64,000 nucleotides of DNA from Armatimonadota bacterium (GCA_038207085.1 JBBRAE010000002.1:141708-205707), one strand, 5' to 3'; shown: positions 17,005 through 27,773, counted from the stretch's first letter. A program made the numbers and translations. Notes: generated by a model from the letters alone, not told the origin.

Positions 17005-19431
17005 CTATCCCATCTCGACTGTGACTTCATGCACCTTCATGTCCTGAAAATCGGGGACCGCGTGGCCGTGGCGGACGGTTTTGCCGTCGACGGTCATCTT
17101 GCGCACGCCGCGTTCGACGCCTGTGGGGTTGTGGACCGCTATTCGGTAGATGGCCTCGCGGAACGGGCGGATCATAGAAAACTCGCGCCAGTCGGGGGGG
17201 ACACAGGGGTCGATGCGCAGGCCGGGGTAGTCGGGGCGAACGCCGAGGATCCAGTCCGTCATCATCCGCCAGACCCACGACGCGACCCCAGGGGGCCAGG
17301 AAGAGTCCGACCTGCCAAGCTCGCCTGATCCCGGACCGCGCAGGAACTCGACGTGGGTGTAGGGCTCGCCGTCGTAATCACTGCCAAGAGACCGAACCGA
17401 TGGCATAAGCTCCCGAAGCGCCGCATGCGCCCGCGCGCCACCTCCCAGAATACACTCGGTCATCACCAGCCACGCGCCGGAGATCGTTGATATTCCACCA
17501 TTGTCGCGCAGTCCCGGTCTGTAGCGGGTGATCGTGCCGATGTGCCTGTCGGGACGCACGTAGGGCGGGTCTAGGGTTGTGGGCCCGAGGTCGGTCCGCA
17601 GCCGGTCCCTCACGCTTGCCATTACGGCCTCAGTGCGAGCGGGGTTTGCGGCCCCTGAGATGATCGACCATATCTGTGGGAGAAGATACAGGCGGGAAAC
17701 CGCGCCCGCGCCGCTTCCGATGGGGTCTTTGCGGTCGTCGGTTGCGCGCAGGTACCAGGCCCCGTCCCAGGCGTGGGTGTTTATGCGCCTTGATATCTCG
17801 CGGCTCTTGGCGTTCCAGACCCGGGCGCGGGTGCGGTCGTCCCTCAAGGTCGCGACCACTGCGGCCTCTGAGAGCGCCCAGGCGGCCATCATCGAGGTGA
17901 GCACGCTTTCGCCCACGCCTTCGGCCCCGGCTTGGTCGAGGTCGTCGTTCCAGTCGCCGGGCCCGACCAGCGACAGCCCGCGCGGGCTCATCTGAGAAAG
18001 CAGAAACTCGATCGCCCGGATCATGTGCTCGTAGATCGACGCGGGGCTTTGGCTGTAGTAGTATTTGGTGCGGTCGTTCAAAAAGTCGAGGTCGCCGGTT
18101 TCTTTCAAGTAACTCGTCACTGCGAAAATGAGCCATACTGCGTCGTCAAGGTGCCCGGTGCGCGTCCCTACGTCGCTTCGCGGTTCCCAGTTGTGGACCG
18201 CGCTTCCGTCCCTGTGCTGGTGCTGGATGATCTCGACCAGACGGAGCTTCCCAGCGTAGGGGTCCATCGGCAGGATCCCGAGGATGTCGTAGCAGGTCTC
18301 GCGGAAGTTCACGACAGACGCCCCGTCCCGCGCCGGGCTTGCGAGCCCGTGGGTCTGCGAGGATATCCACGCGCCGTATTTGTCCCAGATATTCACCGCT
18401 CGGTTGATCTCAGCGTCCGGGGTATCTACCGTTACTTTGGACGTGATCCCGTCCCAGAACCTTCGAAGCGCGGTGAGCTTTTCGTCGACTATTCCAGGGT
18501 CCGTATAGCGGGCGACAACGCCTGATGGGTCGTCCTTGTGGAGCGTCACCCCGACAAAGACGTCAAACTCGACGCTTCCTCCAGCCGGGATGGTAAGCCG
18601 GGTCGAAAGCGCACCGGCCACATCGCGCCCATCGCCGTCGGAGTTGGAGCACGTGCCGCGCGTGACCGCTTCGGGGCGCGTGATGTCGCCGTACTGCCCG
18701 AGAAAGGCCTCTCTGCTGCAGTCGAACCCCTCGACCGGGAGGCCCATCGCGATAAACGCCCACTTGCCCCAGGCCTGGTTTGCGCTGAGCGTTTCGGGGA
18801 TGAACTTGGGTCCCCCCGCCGCCTTGGTCTCTTTCAGGGTGACGCTTGCCGAGTCCGGACGCCGCCACAAATGCTTGGTGGCATAGACATAGCTGTCCTG
18901 GAAGCCCGATTCGTTGAAAGTGTTGGAAACTTCGCGCACAAGGAGGTCGTCGTAGGATGTGCCAAGCGTCCACTCGACGTAGGCAAAGACGGAGAGGTCG
19001 GCCTCGGTCTTTCGGGTGTTTTCAACCTTCACGCGCCATATCTCAAGGTTGTCGTCAAGCGGGACAAAGTAGGTGATGCGCCCGACGATCCCTTCGACCG
19101 TTGACGCAACAGTCGTCTCACCGAGCCCATGCCTGCACTCGAACCAATCGTAGTCGTGTCTGACGGGCTGCCAGCCGACGCTCCAGAAGTCTGTGCTTGC
19201 GTTGTCCCTGATGAAGATGTACCGCCCCGGTCTGTCGCTTTGTGCGGAGTCGGGGTCGGCGCGGGTGATGCGGTCATACCCCGGCCCGCCGATAAAGGAG
19301 TACCCTCCGCCGGTCTGTGAGACGACCGCCGAGTACGAGCCGTTGGTCAGGATATTGACCCAGGGCCTGGGGGTATCGGGCCGCGTGATGACGTACTCCC
19401 GCCCGTTTTCAGAGAAGTGACCGTAGTTCAT
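17005..19431 (-). CDS. GH94-like (cellobiose/chitobiose phosphorylase fold) protein with divergent active site
   Basis: YGHFSENGREYVITRPDTPRPWVN N-terminus, GDWND, GLRIDPCVP, R.FR.A.Y.I.V.NP C-terminus. Confidence 0.88.
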   Translation of the reverse strand: MNYGHFSENGREYVITRPDTPRPWVNILTNGSYSAVVSQTGGGYSFIGGPGYDRITRADPDSAQSDRPGRYIFIRDNASTDFWSVGWQPVRHDYDWFECRHGLGETTVASTVEGIVGRITYFVPLDDNLEIWRVKVENTRKTEADLSVFAYVEWTLGTSYDDLLVREVSNTFNESGFQDSYVYATKHLWRRPDSASVTLKETKAAGGPKFIPETLSANQAWGKWAFIAMGLPVEGFDCSREAFLGQYGDITRPEAVTRGTCSNSDGDGRDVAGALSTRLTIPAGGSVEFDVFVGVTLHKDDPSGVVARYTDPGIVDEKLTALRRFWDGITSKVTVDTPDAEINRAVNIWDKYGAWISSQTHGLASPARDGASVVNFRETCYDILGILPMDPYAGKLRLVEIIQHQHRDGSAVHNWEPRSDVGTRTGHLDDAVWLIFAVTSYLKETGDLDFLNDRTKYYYSQSPASIYEHMIRAIEFLLSQMSPRGLSLVGPGDWNDDLDQAGAEGVGESVLTSMMAAWALSEAAVVATLRDDRTRARVWNAKSREISRRINTHAWDGAWYLRATDDRKDPIGSGAGAVSRLYLLPQIWSIISGAANPARTEAVMASVRDRLRTDLGPTTLDPPYVRPDRHIGTITRYRPGLRDNGGISTISGAWLVMTECILGGGARAHAALRELMPSVRSLGSDYDGEPYTHVEFLRGPGSGELGRSDSSWPPGVASWVWRMMTDWILGVRPDYPGLRIDPCVPPDWREFSMIRPFREAIYRIAVHNPTGVERGVRKMTVDGKTVRHGHAVPDFQDMKVHEVTVEMG

Positions 19432-19703
19432 GAGGTTCTCTTACCCATCTATACGGCAAATTCTACGTTTTTCGGGAAAGATCGCGCCTCAATGTTGGGT
19501 AATCTACACACAGGGAGATACGATTATGGCAGGCGGCGAAGATACTCTCGTGGAACGGAGCCCGCCCTTTTTTCTCGCTGTTGCGTCTACCAGGAGAAGC
19601 AGTCTAACTGCAATAATCTGGCTTGCAGTTGATCTCAAATCTGAATAGAATCCGGTTACATAATTGCGTTGAGCGGGAGAGGCGAAATATCCCAATAAAC
19701 AGT

Positions 19704-19735
19704 GAAGAGCCCAGACATTAGCGTCTGGGCCCTTC
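19704..19735 (-). terminator. Hairpin downstream of the RND gene
   Basis: GAAGAGCCCAGAC-attagc-GTCTGGGCCCTTC. Confidence 0.55.
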
Positions 19736-19765
19736 TGTTAGTGTTCCATTATCAAGCGCGGTTCG

Positions 19766-22700
19766 TTACTCTGGCACGCGGTCGCTTTCTTCCACAATTG
19801 GAGTCTCCGCGGTGTGTCCGTTGCCGGAGACTTTCTCGCCCTCTGCCGTATAGACGACTTTTTTCGGGTGCTTGCGGAGCCTCTTGTGAAGCACGTTGCG
19901 AGCCCCGGTCATCCAGTCATCGATGATCGAGTAGAACGTTGGGATGACCAGGAGCGTCAGGAGCGTCGAGAGAATCAACCCACCGATAACCGTGATAGCC
20001 AACGGCGCTCGCTGCTCACTTCCCTTGGACAGGGCAAGCGCGGTCGGGAGCATTCCTCCGACCATCGCAAGGGTGGTCATCAGAATCGGTCGGAGCCTGG
20101 TCGGCCCCGCCTCAAGGATCGCCTCTGTCCGGCTCTTGCCGCGTTCCCTAAGTGTGTTGGTGTAGTCGACCAACAGAATCGCGTTCTTGGTCACAAGGCC
20201 GATCAACATGATAATACCGATCATCGTGATAATCGACATGTTGTTGCCGGTCAGCATAAGCGCCAGAAGCGCCCCGATCATAGCCTGCGGCAGGCTGAAC
20301 ATGATCACAAGCGGAGTGACGAAGCTCTCAAAGAGCGCGCCCATCAGCATGTAGACAAGCACAATCGCAAGTATAAGCGCGCTGACCATATAGCCGAAGC
20401 TCTCTGCCATGATCTGCGAGGTTCCACCGGTGTTGATCCTGGCCGTTCCCATAGGTACCGCCTTTACGACCTTGTCGACCGAGGTCTGTACCGCCTGCAG
20501 GTTCGCGCCGTAAGCGACGTTTCCACCTACGGTGATTACCCTCTGCCTGTCCTTGCGGTTGATTTTGTTCGGCGCTGCGGCAAGCGTTATGTCGGCCACG
20601 TCGCGTAGATAGATAGGCGCGCCGTTTTTGTGCCCGACTATGATGTTTGCCACGTCTCCCGTGCTTTGCCGGTCGAACTTGGCGAGCTGGACCCGGATGC
20701 CGTACTCCTCACCCTGATCTCTTAGCTTTGCCGTGTCGTTGCCTTCGATGCTTGTTCTGAGCGCGCCTGCGATTTGGCTTACGCTGACGCCCATATCGGC
20801 GGCGCGCAGTCGGTCTACCCGCACCTGAAGCTCAGGCTTGCCAAGCTTCCAGGAGTTCTGAACGTCGACGATACCCGGCACCTTTTTGACCGCCGTCTCA
20901 AGCTCGCTTGAAACTCTCACGAGCTCGCCGAAGTTCGAGCCGGTCACTTCCATCTGCACCGGCTGGCCTCCCCCGACTGCGTCAGCAGCCGAAAGCCTGA
21001 TCTGTCCGCCGGGGAGAAGCGCGGTCTGCTCGTTTAGATCGGTGACAATCTCATCGACCCGCTGCGGTCGCTCTGGGCCAAGGTCTTTTAGCTTCACCGA
21101 AATGCTCGCGTACTGCGGCCCGGAGTCTCCTCCGCCAAACACCGCCGACGCGCTCGATGAGCCGATCGTCGACTGATAGTACTCCATGCCCTTGACACGT
21201 TTCAGGATATTTTCGACTTTGCGCACGACCGCATCCGTCGAGTCAAGCCCGGACCCCGCCGGAAGCTCGATACTGGCTGAGAACGTGCCCTCATCTACGT
21301 TCGGTATGAACTCCCCACCCAAGGGGAACTTGACGAACAGCAGGAGCAGCACCATAAGAGCGCTGAACCCGAGCGCGACTCCCCGGCCCTTTTTGTTCCA
21401 CGCCGTTGCCAGGAGTGGCACGACCACGCTTAGCGCGATCAGCACTATTCGGGGCTTGCCAAGCAGCGGGGCAAGCAGTCCGAGCACGTCAAAGAGCGTA
21501 AGTACCCCGATGGTGATTACGAGTGGCCTGTTTTCAAGCGCCCACGCGAGCACTCCTCGGTAGCGGGCGTCAAGCGCGGTGTAGAAACGCTCGATTGCCG
21601 CAAATATTCGCTTCATAAGGCCGCTTGCGCCAGTGACGGGAAGCGTCTCGTCGGTCTCCTCCTCTTCGTGGCTCTTAAGCCACCGGGAGGCAAGCATCGG
21701 CGTAAGGGTGAACGACATGAAGAGCGAGAAGAGTGTCGCAACAGCAACCGTTATACCAAACTGCCTGAAGAACTCTCCGACGATGCCGCCCATAAAGGCG
21801 ATCGGGACGAACACCACGACGTCGACGAGGGTGATCGTCACAGCCGCAAGCCCGATTTCGGATCGCCCCGTAAGAGCCGCCTGCATCGGAGCCTCGCCTC
21901 GGCGCACGTGGCGCTCGATATTTTCAAGAACAACGATCGAGTCGTCGACCAAAATACCGACGCAGAGCGAGAGCGCTAGAAGCGTCATCGTGTTCAGCGT
22001 AAAGCCAAATATCCACATCGGCAAGAACGTCGCGACAAGGGAGGTCGGGATCGCCGTCGCGACGATCATCGTCGCCCGTCCGCTGTGCAAGAACAAAAAG
22101 ACAATCAAAATGACGAGGATGATGCCTTCAAAGAGCGACTTGTTGACGTCCGAGAGCGCTTCTTTTACAAATACGGATTCGTCGGTCGTAACGATCAGCT
22201 TGGTTCCTGTGGGGAACTGCCCCTGGATTTTCTTGCCGCTCTTGTCGGTGTAACCGTTTAGGAGATCTATCTCTTTCTTGACGGCGTCAGCGACATCGAC
22301 GGTGTTTGCATCGGACTGCTTCTGGATCGAGAGGATAACGCTGTCACGGCCGTTTAGCCGGGTCTTGGTCGTGTCCTCTTCCACCGTATCGGTTACAGTC
22401 GCAATGTCGCCCAGGCGGACGCTCCCGGCGTTGTCGTCGCTAAGTGCGATCTTGATGTTCTTGATCTCATCGGCATTTTTGAACTCACCGACCGTTCGCA
22501 CGGCGTAGTCGCGGCTCTGTTTGCCGTTGGAGCCCTCTTTGATCGAGCCTGAAGGCAGGTTCAGGTTCTCGGATTTGAGCGCCTGGGCCACCTTGTCTAT
22601 TGAAAGCCCGTAGGCCTGCAGGCGGTCGCCGTCGATCGCGACTGAGACCTCGCGCACCTGTCCGCCACTCACGTATACCGCGGCGACGCCCGTGGCGCGA

Positions 22701-23194
22701 CTGAGCCTGTCTTTGATCGTGTTGTCGGCGAGTATACGCATGTCGCGCCCGGACTGGTTGCTCTCCAGGGCAAGCGTCAGGACCGGCTGCGCCGAGATAT
22801 CGGCCTTGATGATCGAGGGCTCCTCAGCGTCGTCGGGAAGGTTTCCCCGCGCCGCTGAGAGCTTGTCGCGAACATCCGCCGCCGCCACATTTACGTCTGT
22901 GCCGAGCTCGAACTCCATACCTACGGTCGACACCCCGTCCTGCGAGGTCGAGGTGATATGCTTCATGTTCGCCGTGCTGCCGACAGCCTCTTCAATGGGC
23001 TGGGAGACAAGTGTCTCGATTTCCTGAGGCCCCGCGCCCGGATACACCGTCACGACGGTGATGAACGGAAAGTCCACCTTGGGGTTTAGCTCCTTGCTCA
23101 TCCTGGAATAGCCCTGGAGCCCAAGGATAATGAGCGCAAGCACCACCATCGTGATAAACACGGGCCGTCTTATACTTACATCAGTTAGCCACAT
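19766..23194 (-). CDS. RND efflux transporter permease (AcrB/SwrC type)
   Basis: SIRRPVF, GILVDDSIVVLENIER, GLVTKNAILLVDY, RLRPILMTT. Confidence 0.95.
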   Translation of the reverse strand: MWLTDVSIRRPVFITMVVLALIILGLQGYSRMSKELNPKVDFPFITVVTVYPGAGPQEIETLVSQPIEEAVGSTANMKHITSTSQDGVSTVGMEFELGTDVNVAAADVRDKLSAARGNLPDDAEEPSIIKADISAQPVLTLALESNQSGRDMRILADNTIKDRLSRATGVAAVYVSGGQVREVSVAIDGDRLQAYGLSIDKVAQALKSENLNLPSGSIKEGSNGKQSRDYAVRTVGEFKNADEIKNIKIALSDDNAGSVRLGDIATVTDTVEEDTTKTRLNGRDSVILSIQKQSDANTVDVADAVKKEIDLLNGYTDKSGKKIQGQFPTGTKLIVTTDESVFVKEALSDVNKSLFEGIILVILIVFLFLHSGRATMIVATAIPTSLVATFLPMWIFGFTLNTMTLLALSLCVGILVDDSIVVLENIERHVRRGEAPMQAALTGRSEIGLAAVTITLVDVVVFVPIAFMGGIVGEFFRQFGITVAVATLFSLFMSFTLTPMLASRWLKSHEEEETDETLPVTGASGLMKRIFAAIERFYTALDARYRGVLAWALENRPLVITIGVLTLFDVLGLLAPLLGKPRIVLIALSVVVPLLATAWNKKGRGVALGFSALMVLLLLFVKFPLGGEFIPNVDEGTFSASIELPAGSGLDSTDAVVRKVENILKRVKGMEYYQSTIGSSSASAVFGGGDSGPQYASISVKLKDLGPERPQRVDEIVTDLNEQTALLPGGQIRLSAADAVGGGQPVQMEVTGSNFGELVRVSSELETAVKKVPGIVDVQNSWKLGKPELQVRVDRLRAADMGVSVSQIAGALRTSIEGNDTAKLRDQGEEYGIRVQLAKFDRQSTGDVANIIVGHKNGAPIYLRDVADITLAAAPNKINRKDRQRVITVGGNVAYGANLQAVQTSVDKVVKAVPMGTARINTGGTSQIMAESFGYMVSALILAIVLVYMLMGALFESFVTPLVIMFSLPQAMIGALLALMLTGNNMSIITMIGIIMLIGLVTKNAILLVDYTNTLRERGKSRTEAILEAGPTRLRPILMTTLAMVGGMLPTALALSKGSEQRAPLAITVIGGLILSTLLTLLVIPTFYSIIDDWMTGARNVLHKRLRKHPKKVVYTAEGEKVSGNGHTAETPIVEESDRVPE

Positions 23195-23215
23195 ACAATA
23201 TCTCCAGCAGGGGTC

Positions 23216-24685
23216 TTATCCCCCAACAAGCACCTTGTCGTTGTCCTGCAGCGCCTCGTGGCCTGAGGTGACGATCGTGTCGCCGGCTCTTACGTCGGTC
23301 GGTGGGTTGACCTCCACAAACTGCGAGTTGGAGAGCCCACGGTTGATCGCGTTCAGCTTCGCCCGGGTCACACCTTTGGTGTCCTTGGCGACTGTGAACA
23401 CGATATTTTGGCCGTTTCGCTCTTCAACCGCGTCTTGTGGAATGAGTATCGCCCCTTGCGTGCCTCCGGTGACGATCGCTCCGCGCGAGAACATTCCGGG
23501 CCTGAGCGCATTACCCGGATTAGGTATATGTACCCTTACCCTGAAGTTTCGCGTGCCTGACTGCGCGGCGGGGTTGAGACTCTTTACCTTGCCGACAAAT
23601 GTGCTGTCGGGGTAGGCGTCGACTTTCACGTCTACGGTCTGCCCCGGTTTCACCTTGGCGAGCACTGTCTCTGAGACGTCCGCCTCAAAGAATACGGTGC
23701 GCAGGCTGACAACGTTCATCAGCGGCGAAGTCGGCGCAACCGACTGTCCCGGGTCTACCATTCTCTGGCTTACCACCCCGTCGACGCTCGATCTGATAGC
23801 CGTATTTGCGAGCTGGTCCTGTGCAAGCGCGACTTGGGCCCTGGCCTGTGCGACCCCTGCCTGCGCCTGTCGAACGTCCTCGCGGCGAAGCGCGTTCTGC
23901 GAAGCGTTGGCCTTGGCGCTGATCAGACCCGATCTTGCCTGGATCACTGCCTCCTGAGCCTGACGTATGTCCTCGCTTCGCGCGCCCTCCACAACAAGCG
24001 ACAGGTTCTGCTTTGCCGTGTTGTAGGATGCCTGCGCGACATCGAACTGAGTCTGATAGACCTCAAGCTGAGCCTCGGCGACCGCTCCCTGAGCGTAGAG
24101 CTTCTTATAGCGGTTCAGGTTCGCCCGCGCGTTGTCGAGGTTCGCCTTGGCGGTCGCGACCTGGTTCTCGGCGATCAGCCGCTCCTGAGTGCGCGCACCG
24201 CCCCGGAGCTTTGCAAGATTGGCCTGGGCCGAGTCATAACCTGCCTGCGCCTGACTGATTGCGGCTCTTGACTGGATATCAGTCACGGAAACCGTCGTCC
24301 TTGCCTGCGATAGCCTGGCAAGCGCGGTCTGAAGCCCGGCCTGCGCCTGCCGCAGGTTCTCCTGGGAGTCGCCGGGGTCAAGCTGCACAAGCACCTGTCC
24401 GCGCCGGACCGAATCGCCCTCGCGAACCGTCACAGCTGAGACCTTTCCGCCGATCTTGCTCGTCACCGTAGCCGAATCAAGCGCCTTGATGTTGCCGGTC
24501 ACAGGGACGATATCGTTGATGCTCCCTACCTCGACCGGCGCCGTCTGAACCGGCGTGCCTACTTCTGCCTGTATCTGCTCGGTCGTCCTGACCACTTTTT
24601 TGCGTCCTCGCACTGTCGCAATGCCGAACATCGCCACTACGACAAGCAGTATGAGTCCAACTGCAATTATTCGATTCCTGCTCAT
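23216..24685 (-). CDS. RND periplasmic adaptor (MFP) with long alpha-hairpin
   Basis: VREGDSVRRGQVL lipoyl motif, long coiled coil, LRPGMF. Confidence 0.92.
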   Translation of the reverse strand: MSRNRIIAVGLILLVVVAMFGIATVRGRKKVVRTTEQIQAEVGTPVQTAPVEVGSINDIVPVTGNIKALDSATVTSKIGGKVSAVTVREGDSVRRGQVLVQLDPGDSQENLRQAQAGLQTALARLSQARTTVSVTDIQSRAAISQAQAGYDSAQANLAKLRGGARTQERLIAENQVATAKANLDNARANLNRYKKLYAQGAVAEAQLEVYQTQFDVAQASYNTAKQNLSLVVEGARSEDIRQAQEAVIQARSGLISAKANASQNALRREDVRQAQAGVAQARAQVALAQDQLANTAIRSSVDGVVSQRMVDPGQSVAPTSPLMNVVSLRTVFFEADVSETVLAKVKPGQTVDVKVDAYPDSTFVGKVKSLNPAAQSGTRNFRVRVHIPNPGNALRPGMFSRGAIVTGGTQGAILIPQDAVEERNGQNIVFTVAKDTKGVTRAKLNAINRGLSNSQFVEVNPPTDVRAGDTIVTSGHEALQDNDKVLVGG

Positions 24686-26244
24686 TTACTTGCTCCTTGA
24701 GGAGTAGCCGTTTGGCCGTCTACGCCGGGTATATCGACCGCCGGTGTGACCACATCGGACGGATAAGGGAACTTCGGTTCAACAATCTTCGGAGAAACCG
24801 GTGCGAGCGCGGTTACCGGAGGCGCAAGCTTTGCCCCGGAGTTGAGTGACGGGGACGAAGGCGTCCCGGCGATCACCGCGTACTCCGGCTGATTCGTCGT
24901 CGCTCGCTCGAGGGCGGCAAGCGCGGTCAGATAGTTGTATTTCGCGCTGACAGCGTTGCTTCTTGCCTGGGTGTAGTTGTCTTCAGCCTGGGAGACCTCC
25001 ACCTGGGTGCTCACGCCTTCTTGATATCTGACGCCCGCAAGCCGAAGCGCCTCCTGGGCAAGTGCGACGTTTCTCTCGGAAGTTTCCACCCGCTTGGAGG
25101 ATTCCATTACGACGTTTGCCGAAGATCGTACCTCCTGCTCGATTCCGAGCGTAGTATTATCGAGCCCGCGGCGGGCGATCTGCGCGTCGTTCCTGGCCTG
25201 TCCGACCCTTGCGCGGGTAGCTCCACTGTTCCAGATTGACCAGTTAACACTTGCGCCGTAGGTAAGAGTTGTATTGTCGCTGCTAAAGCCCGTGGCTTCA
25301 TTGGCCCAGTTGGTCTGGGCAAACAGGTCCAGCGTCGGTTTTGTCTCCGTCTGTGCAAAGTTGACAGTGCGATCGGCAAGAGCGATGCTGAGGCGCGATT
25401 GCTCGACCTCAGGCCTTGATGCAAGTGCCCGGGCGATACTTGCGACGACGTCCACCGTCACCGCAGTGGTTGTCGCCGGCTGGTCGACCAGCGTAAACGG
25501 GCGAGTAACCTCGATTCCGATTGTTCTGTTCAGCGCTCCCTGGGCAATTTCCAGCACGCTCAGAGCGCCGATGAGCGTCTGCTGTCGGTTGGCGACATCG
25601 ACCTCGGCGCTGGTTACGTCAAAGCGCGGAGATGCTCCGGCATCAAACAGCGCGCGGGCGATACGAAGCCGCTCCTCATTAACCGTAAGCGACGACTGGG
25701 CGACGTCCACATTGGCCTCTGACCGAAGAACGTCGTAGTAGGCGTTTTTTACATCGACTATAAGCTGACGAAGCGTCTGGGCCTCGTTGTAACCCTGAAT
25801 ATCAAGTTGCAGCCCCGCAAGCTCACGCCCAAGCCTGATGCGCCCGCTGATGTCGATCGGCTGTGTGATCTGGGCAGACGCCGACGTCTGGCTCGCGTTC
25901 CCGCCGATCGTCACCGGTCCGTCCGGGCCGGGAAACGTGGTTGAGGACGTGGGCGACGTGCGCGAGTAGCGCCCGTTCAGGTTCACCTGGAACCTTCCGG
26001 CCGCCCGGGCCTCTTCCACCACGTTTTCTGAGCGAAGCACCCGTTCGCGCGCCGTGGCAAGCCCCGGGCTGTGAACAACTGCCGTCGCGATCGCATCATC
26101 GAGCGTCAACACCTCAGCGGCGGGCTGCGCCGTCGCAGCGGGTGTCTGCTCTGTTGGCGCCGCGGTCTGTCCAAACGTGGGAACCGCGAGCGCAAGAGCT
26201 GCAAATCCTGTTAGCAATACTTTGGTTAACATCTTCATCTCCAC
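24682..26244 (-). CDS. TolC-family outer membrane protein
   Basis: Signal peptide; LTLDDAI, VKNAYYDVL, RYQEGVST..EV..A repeats. Confidence 0.9.
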   Translation of the reverse strand: MEMKMLTKVLLTGFAALALAVPTFGQTAAPTEQTPAATAQPAAEVLTLDDAIATAVVHSPGLATARERVLRSENVVEEARAAGRFQVNLNGRYSRTSPTSSTTFPGPDGPVTIGGNASQTSASAQITQPIDISGRIRLGRELAGLQLDIQGYNEAQTLRQLIVDVKNAYYDVLRSEANVDVAQSSLTVNEERLRIARALFDAGASPRFDVTSAEVDVANRQQTLIGALSVLEIAQGALNRTIGIEVTRPFTLVDQPATTTAVTVDVVASIARALASRPEVEQSRLSIALADRTVNFAQTETKPTLDLFAQTNWANEATGFSSDNTTLTYGASVNWSIWNSGATRARVGQARNDAQIARRGLDNTTLGIEQEVRSSANVVMESSKRVETSERNVALAQEALRLAGVRYQEGVSTQVEVSQAEDNYTQARSNAVSAKYNYLTALAALERATTNQPEYAVIAGTPSSPSLNSGAKLAPPVTALAPVSPKIVEPKFPYPSDVVTPAVDIPGVDGQTATPQGASK

Positions 26245-26250
26245 GGATAC

Positions 26251-26934
26251 TTACTTGTTTGCGTTTTTGAAAACGCTGTCGGAAACCCCTTTGTTGACTG
26301 TATATTTTGTGATTTTGACGATAGCCGCGCCTCCGCCGGTCGTCGGCTTGGAATACTTGGCCTTGTGCGGGTCGTAAACCGCACCAGCGACCAGGCCTGT
26401 CATCTCAATAGTTATATCGGCAGGAAGCCAGTATTTCCCATCGACTTTTGTGTAGCCCCAGCGGCTTTTCATGGTCATCCCATCGCCCGAACTCTCAGTG
26501 CCGAGGATCACCCCGCGGCTTTTGTCGACCCACATGCGCACGTTCGAGGGAACCGTCGGGGTCTTGCCGACGAGCTTCAGCACATACACGCTCTGGCCGA
26601 ACTTTGTGCCGGTTCCCTCGTAGGCCGCGTCAAAGTTCTCTCTAATCCAAGCCGCCGGGTCACCGGGGATCGCATCGTTTGGGATCATCGTGAACCCCTC
26701 GCGCGCCACCACTTTGACTCTGTTGGGCCGTTTGAAGTAGATGGTCGCCGAAGAGTCCTTGATATGCATCTGCGGCATATCAATCTTCATTGTGGCCTCC
26801 GCCCGGTAATTCTTTACCGGAGCGAAGCTCTTGTCCATCAGTTTGAGCACGTCAAGCGAGCCAAACTTCGCCGCCTGGGCCGATGTCAGAGCGATCATCG
26901 ACATCAGAGCCGCCGCTCCAAGAGCTCTTCTCAT
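26251..26934 (-). CDS. LolA-like outer-membrane lipoprotein-sorting protein
   Basis: Signal peptide; YFKRPN, VYVLKL, RMWVDK, YWLP, YTVNKGVSDSVF (LolA-fold patterns). Confidence 0.75.
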   Translation of the reverse strand: MRRALGAAALMSMIALTSAQAAKFGSLDVLKLMDKSFAPVKNYRAEATMKIDMPQMHIKDSSATIYFKRPNRVKVVAREGFTMIPNDAIPGDPAAWIRENFDAAYEGTGTKFGQSVYVLKLVGKTPTVPSNVRMWVDKSRGVILGTESSGDGMTMKSRWGYTKVDGKYWLPADITIEMTGLVAGAVYDPHKAKYSKPTTGGGAAIVKITKYTVNKGVSDSVFKNANK

Positions 26935-27773
26935 GAAAGAATGTCCTTTCTTTTAAAAACCACGAGCCCGGCGGTGAAAAACACCGCCACATAGGCAAAA
27001 AGCACACCAAGCGCCTTTGTGACCTCGCCGCGCGGGACGGGGTCGACAAAGATCAGGTTCCAAGAGTCAAAATAAGTCGTAAACAGATAGGGATGCACCG
27101 GCCTGAAGTAATCGATGATCCCCACAATATTAAAAAGTATCATCACCGCGATCGCCCCGCCGATAGCCGAAAGCGAGCTGGTCGTCCAAGACGATATGAA
27201 AAACGCGATCGTCGCGACCGACATCACCCCGACCGCCGCGAACCCGTAAGCCACCGCAAGCCGCACGAGCCCTTCGGACTCGGAGTAGCCGTAAACCCCT
27301 CCCGCGCCAAGGAGCGTCCCTTCCTGAAACGTCAAAAGCGAGCCATGCCCAAGAAACGCCGAGCCAAGCGCGTAGGCCGCAAGCCCCAGGAAATACGTTA
27401 GCGCGACCGAGTAGGCCAATGCTACTAGAAACTTCGACAAATACAGCCGACCACGCCTGACCGGCCTCGAAAGCATCGTCCGAAGCGTCCCATCGTTTGC
27501 TTCGCCGCTGATCAAGTCGCCGGTGACGACGCATGCGAACAGCGGCAGAAAAAACGTCATCGCAAGCCGCAGCTGAAACCACGCGAGAAACCCGCCGTTT
27601 ACGTAGCTCCCGGCCGATGTGAACATCCCCGGCACGCTCGCCCCAAAGGGCGGAGGCCCCATCTTGAGCCCAATTACCATTAGCCCCGCCATGCCAAGAA
27701 GCGCTGCGGGCCCGATGTAGCTTCGACCCCGGTGGGTCAGTTTGAACGCTTCAAGCCTGAGCTGTCTTATCAT
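26931..27773 (-). CDS. ABC-2 type permease
   Basis: ISGEANDGTLRTMLSRPVRR..LYLSK, multiple TM segments, FKRKDI C-terminus. Confidence 0.88.
   Translation of the reverse strand: MIRQLRLEAFKLTHRGRSYIGPAALLGMAGLMVIGLKMGPPPFGASVPGMFTSAGSYVNGGFLAWFQLRLAMTFFLPLFACVVTGDLISGEANDGTLRTMLSRPVRRGRLYLSKFLVALAYSVALTYFLGLAAYALGSAFLGHGSLLTFQEGTLLGAGGVYGYSESEGLVRLAVAYGFAAVGVMSVATIAFFISSWTTSSLSAIGGAIAVMILFNIVGIIDYFRPVHPYLFTTYFDSWNLIFVDPVPRGEVTKALGVLFAYVAVFFTAGLVVFKRKDILS

Noticed and set aside
19526..19648. Small ORF MAGGEDTLVERSPP... with a GGGAG RBS
   Set aside because: No recognisable motif or other support; cannot be distinguished from chance
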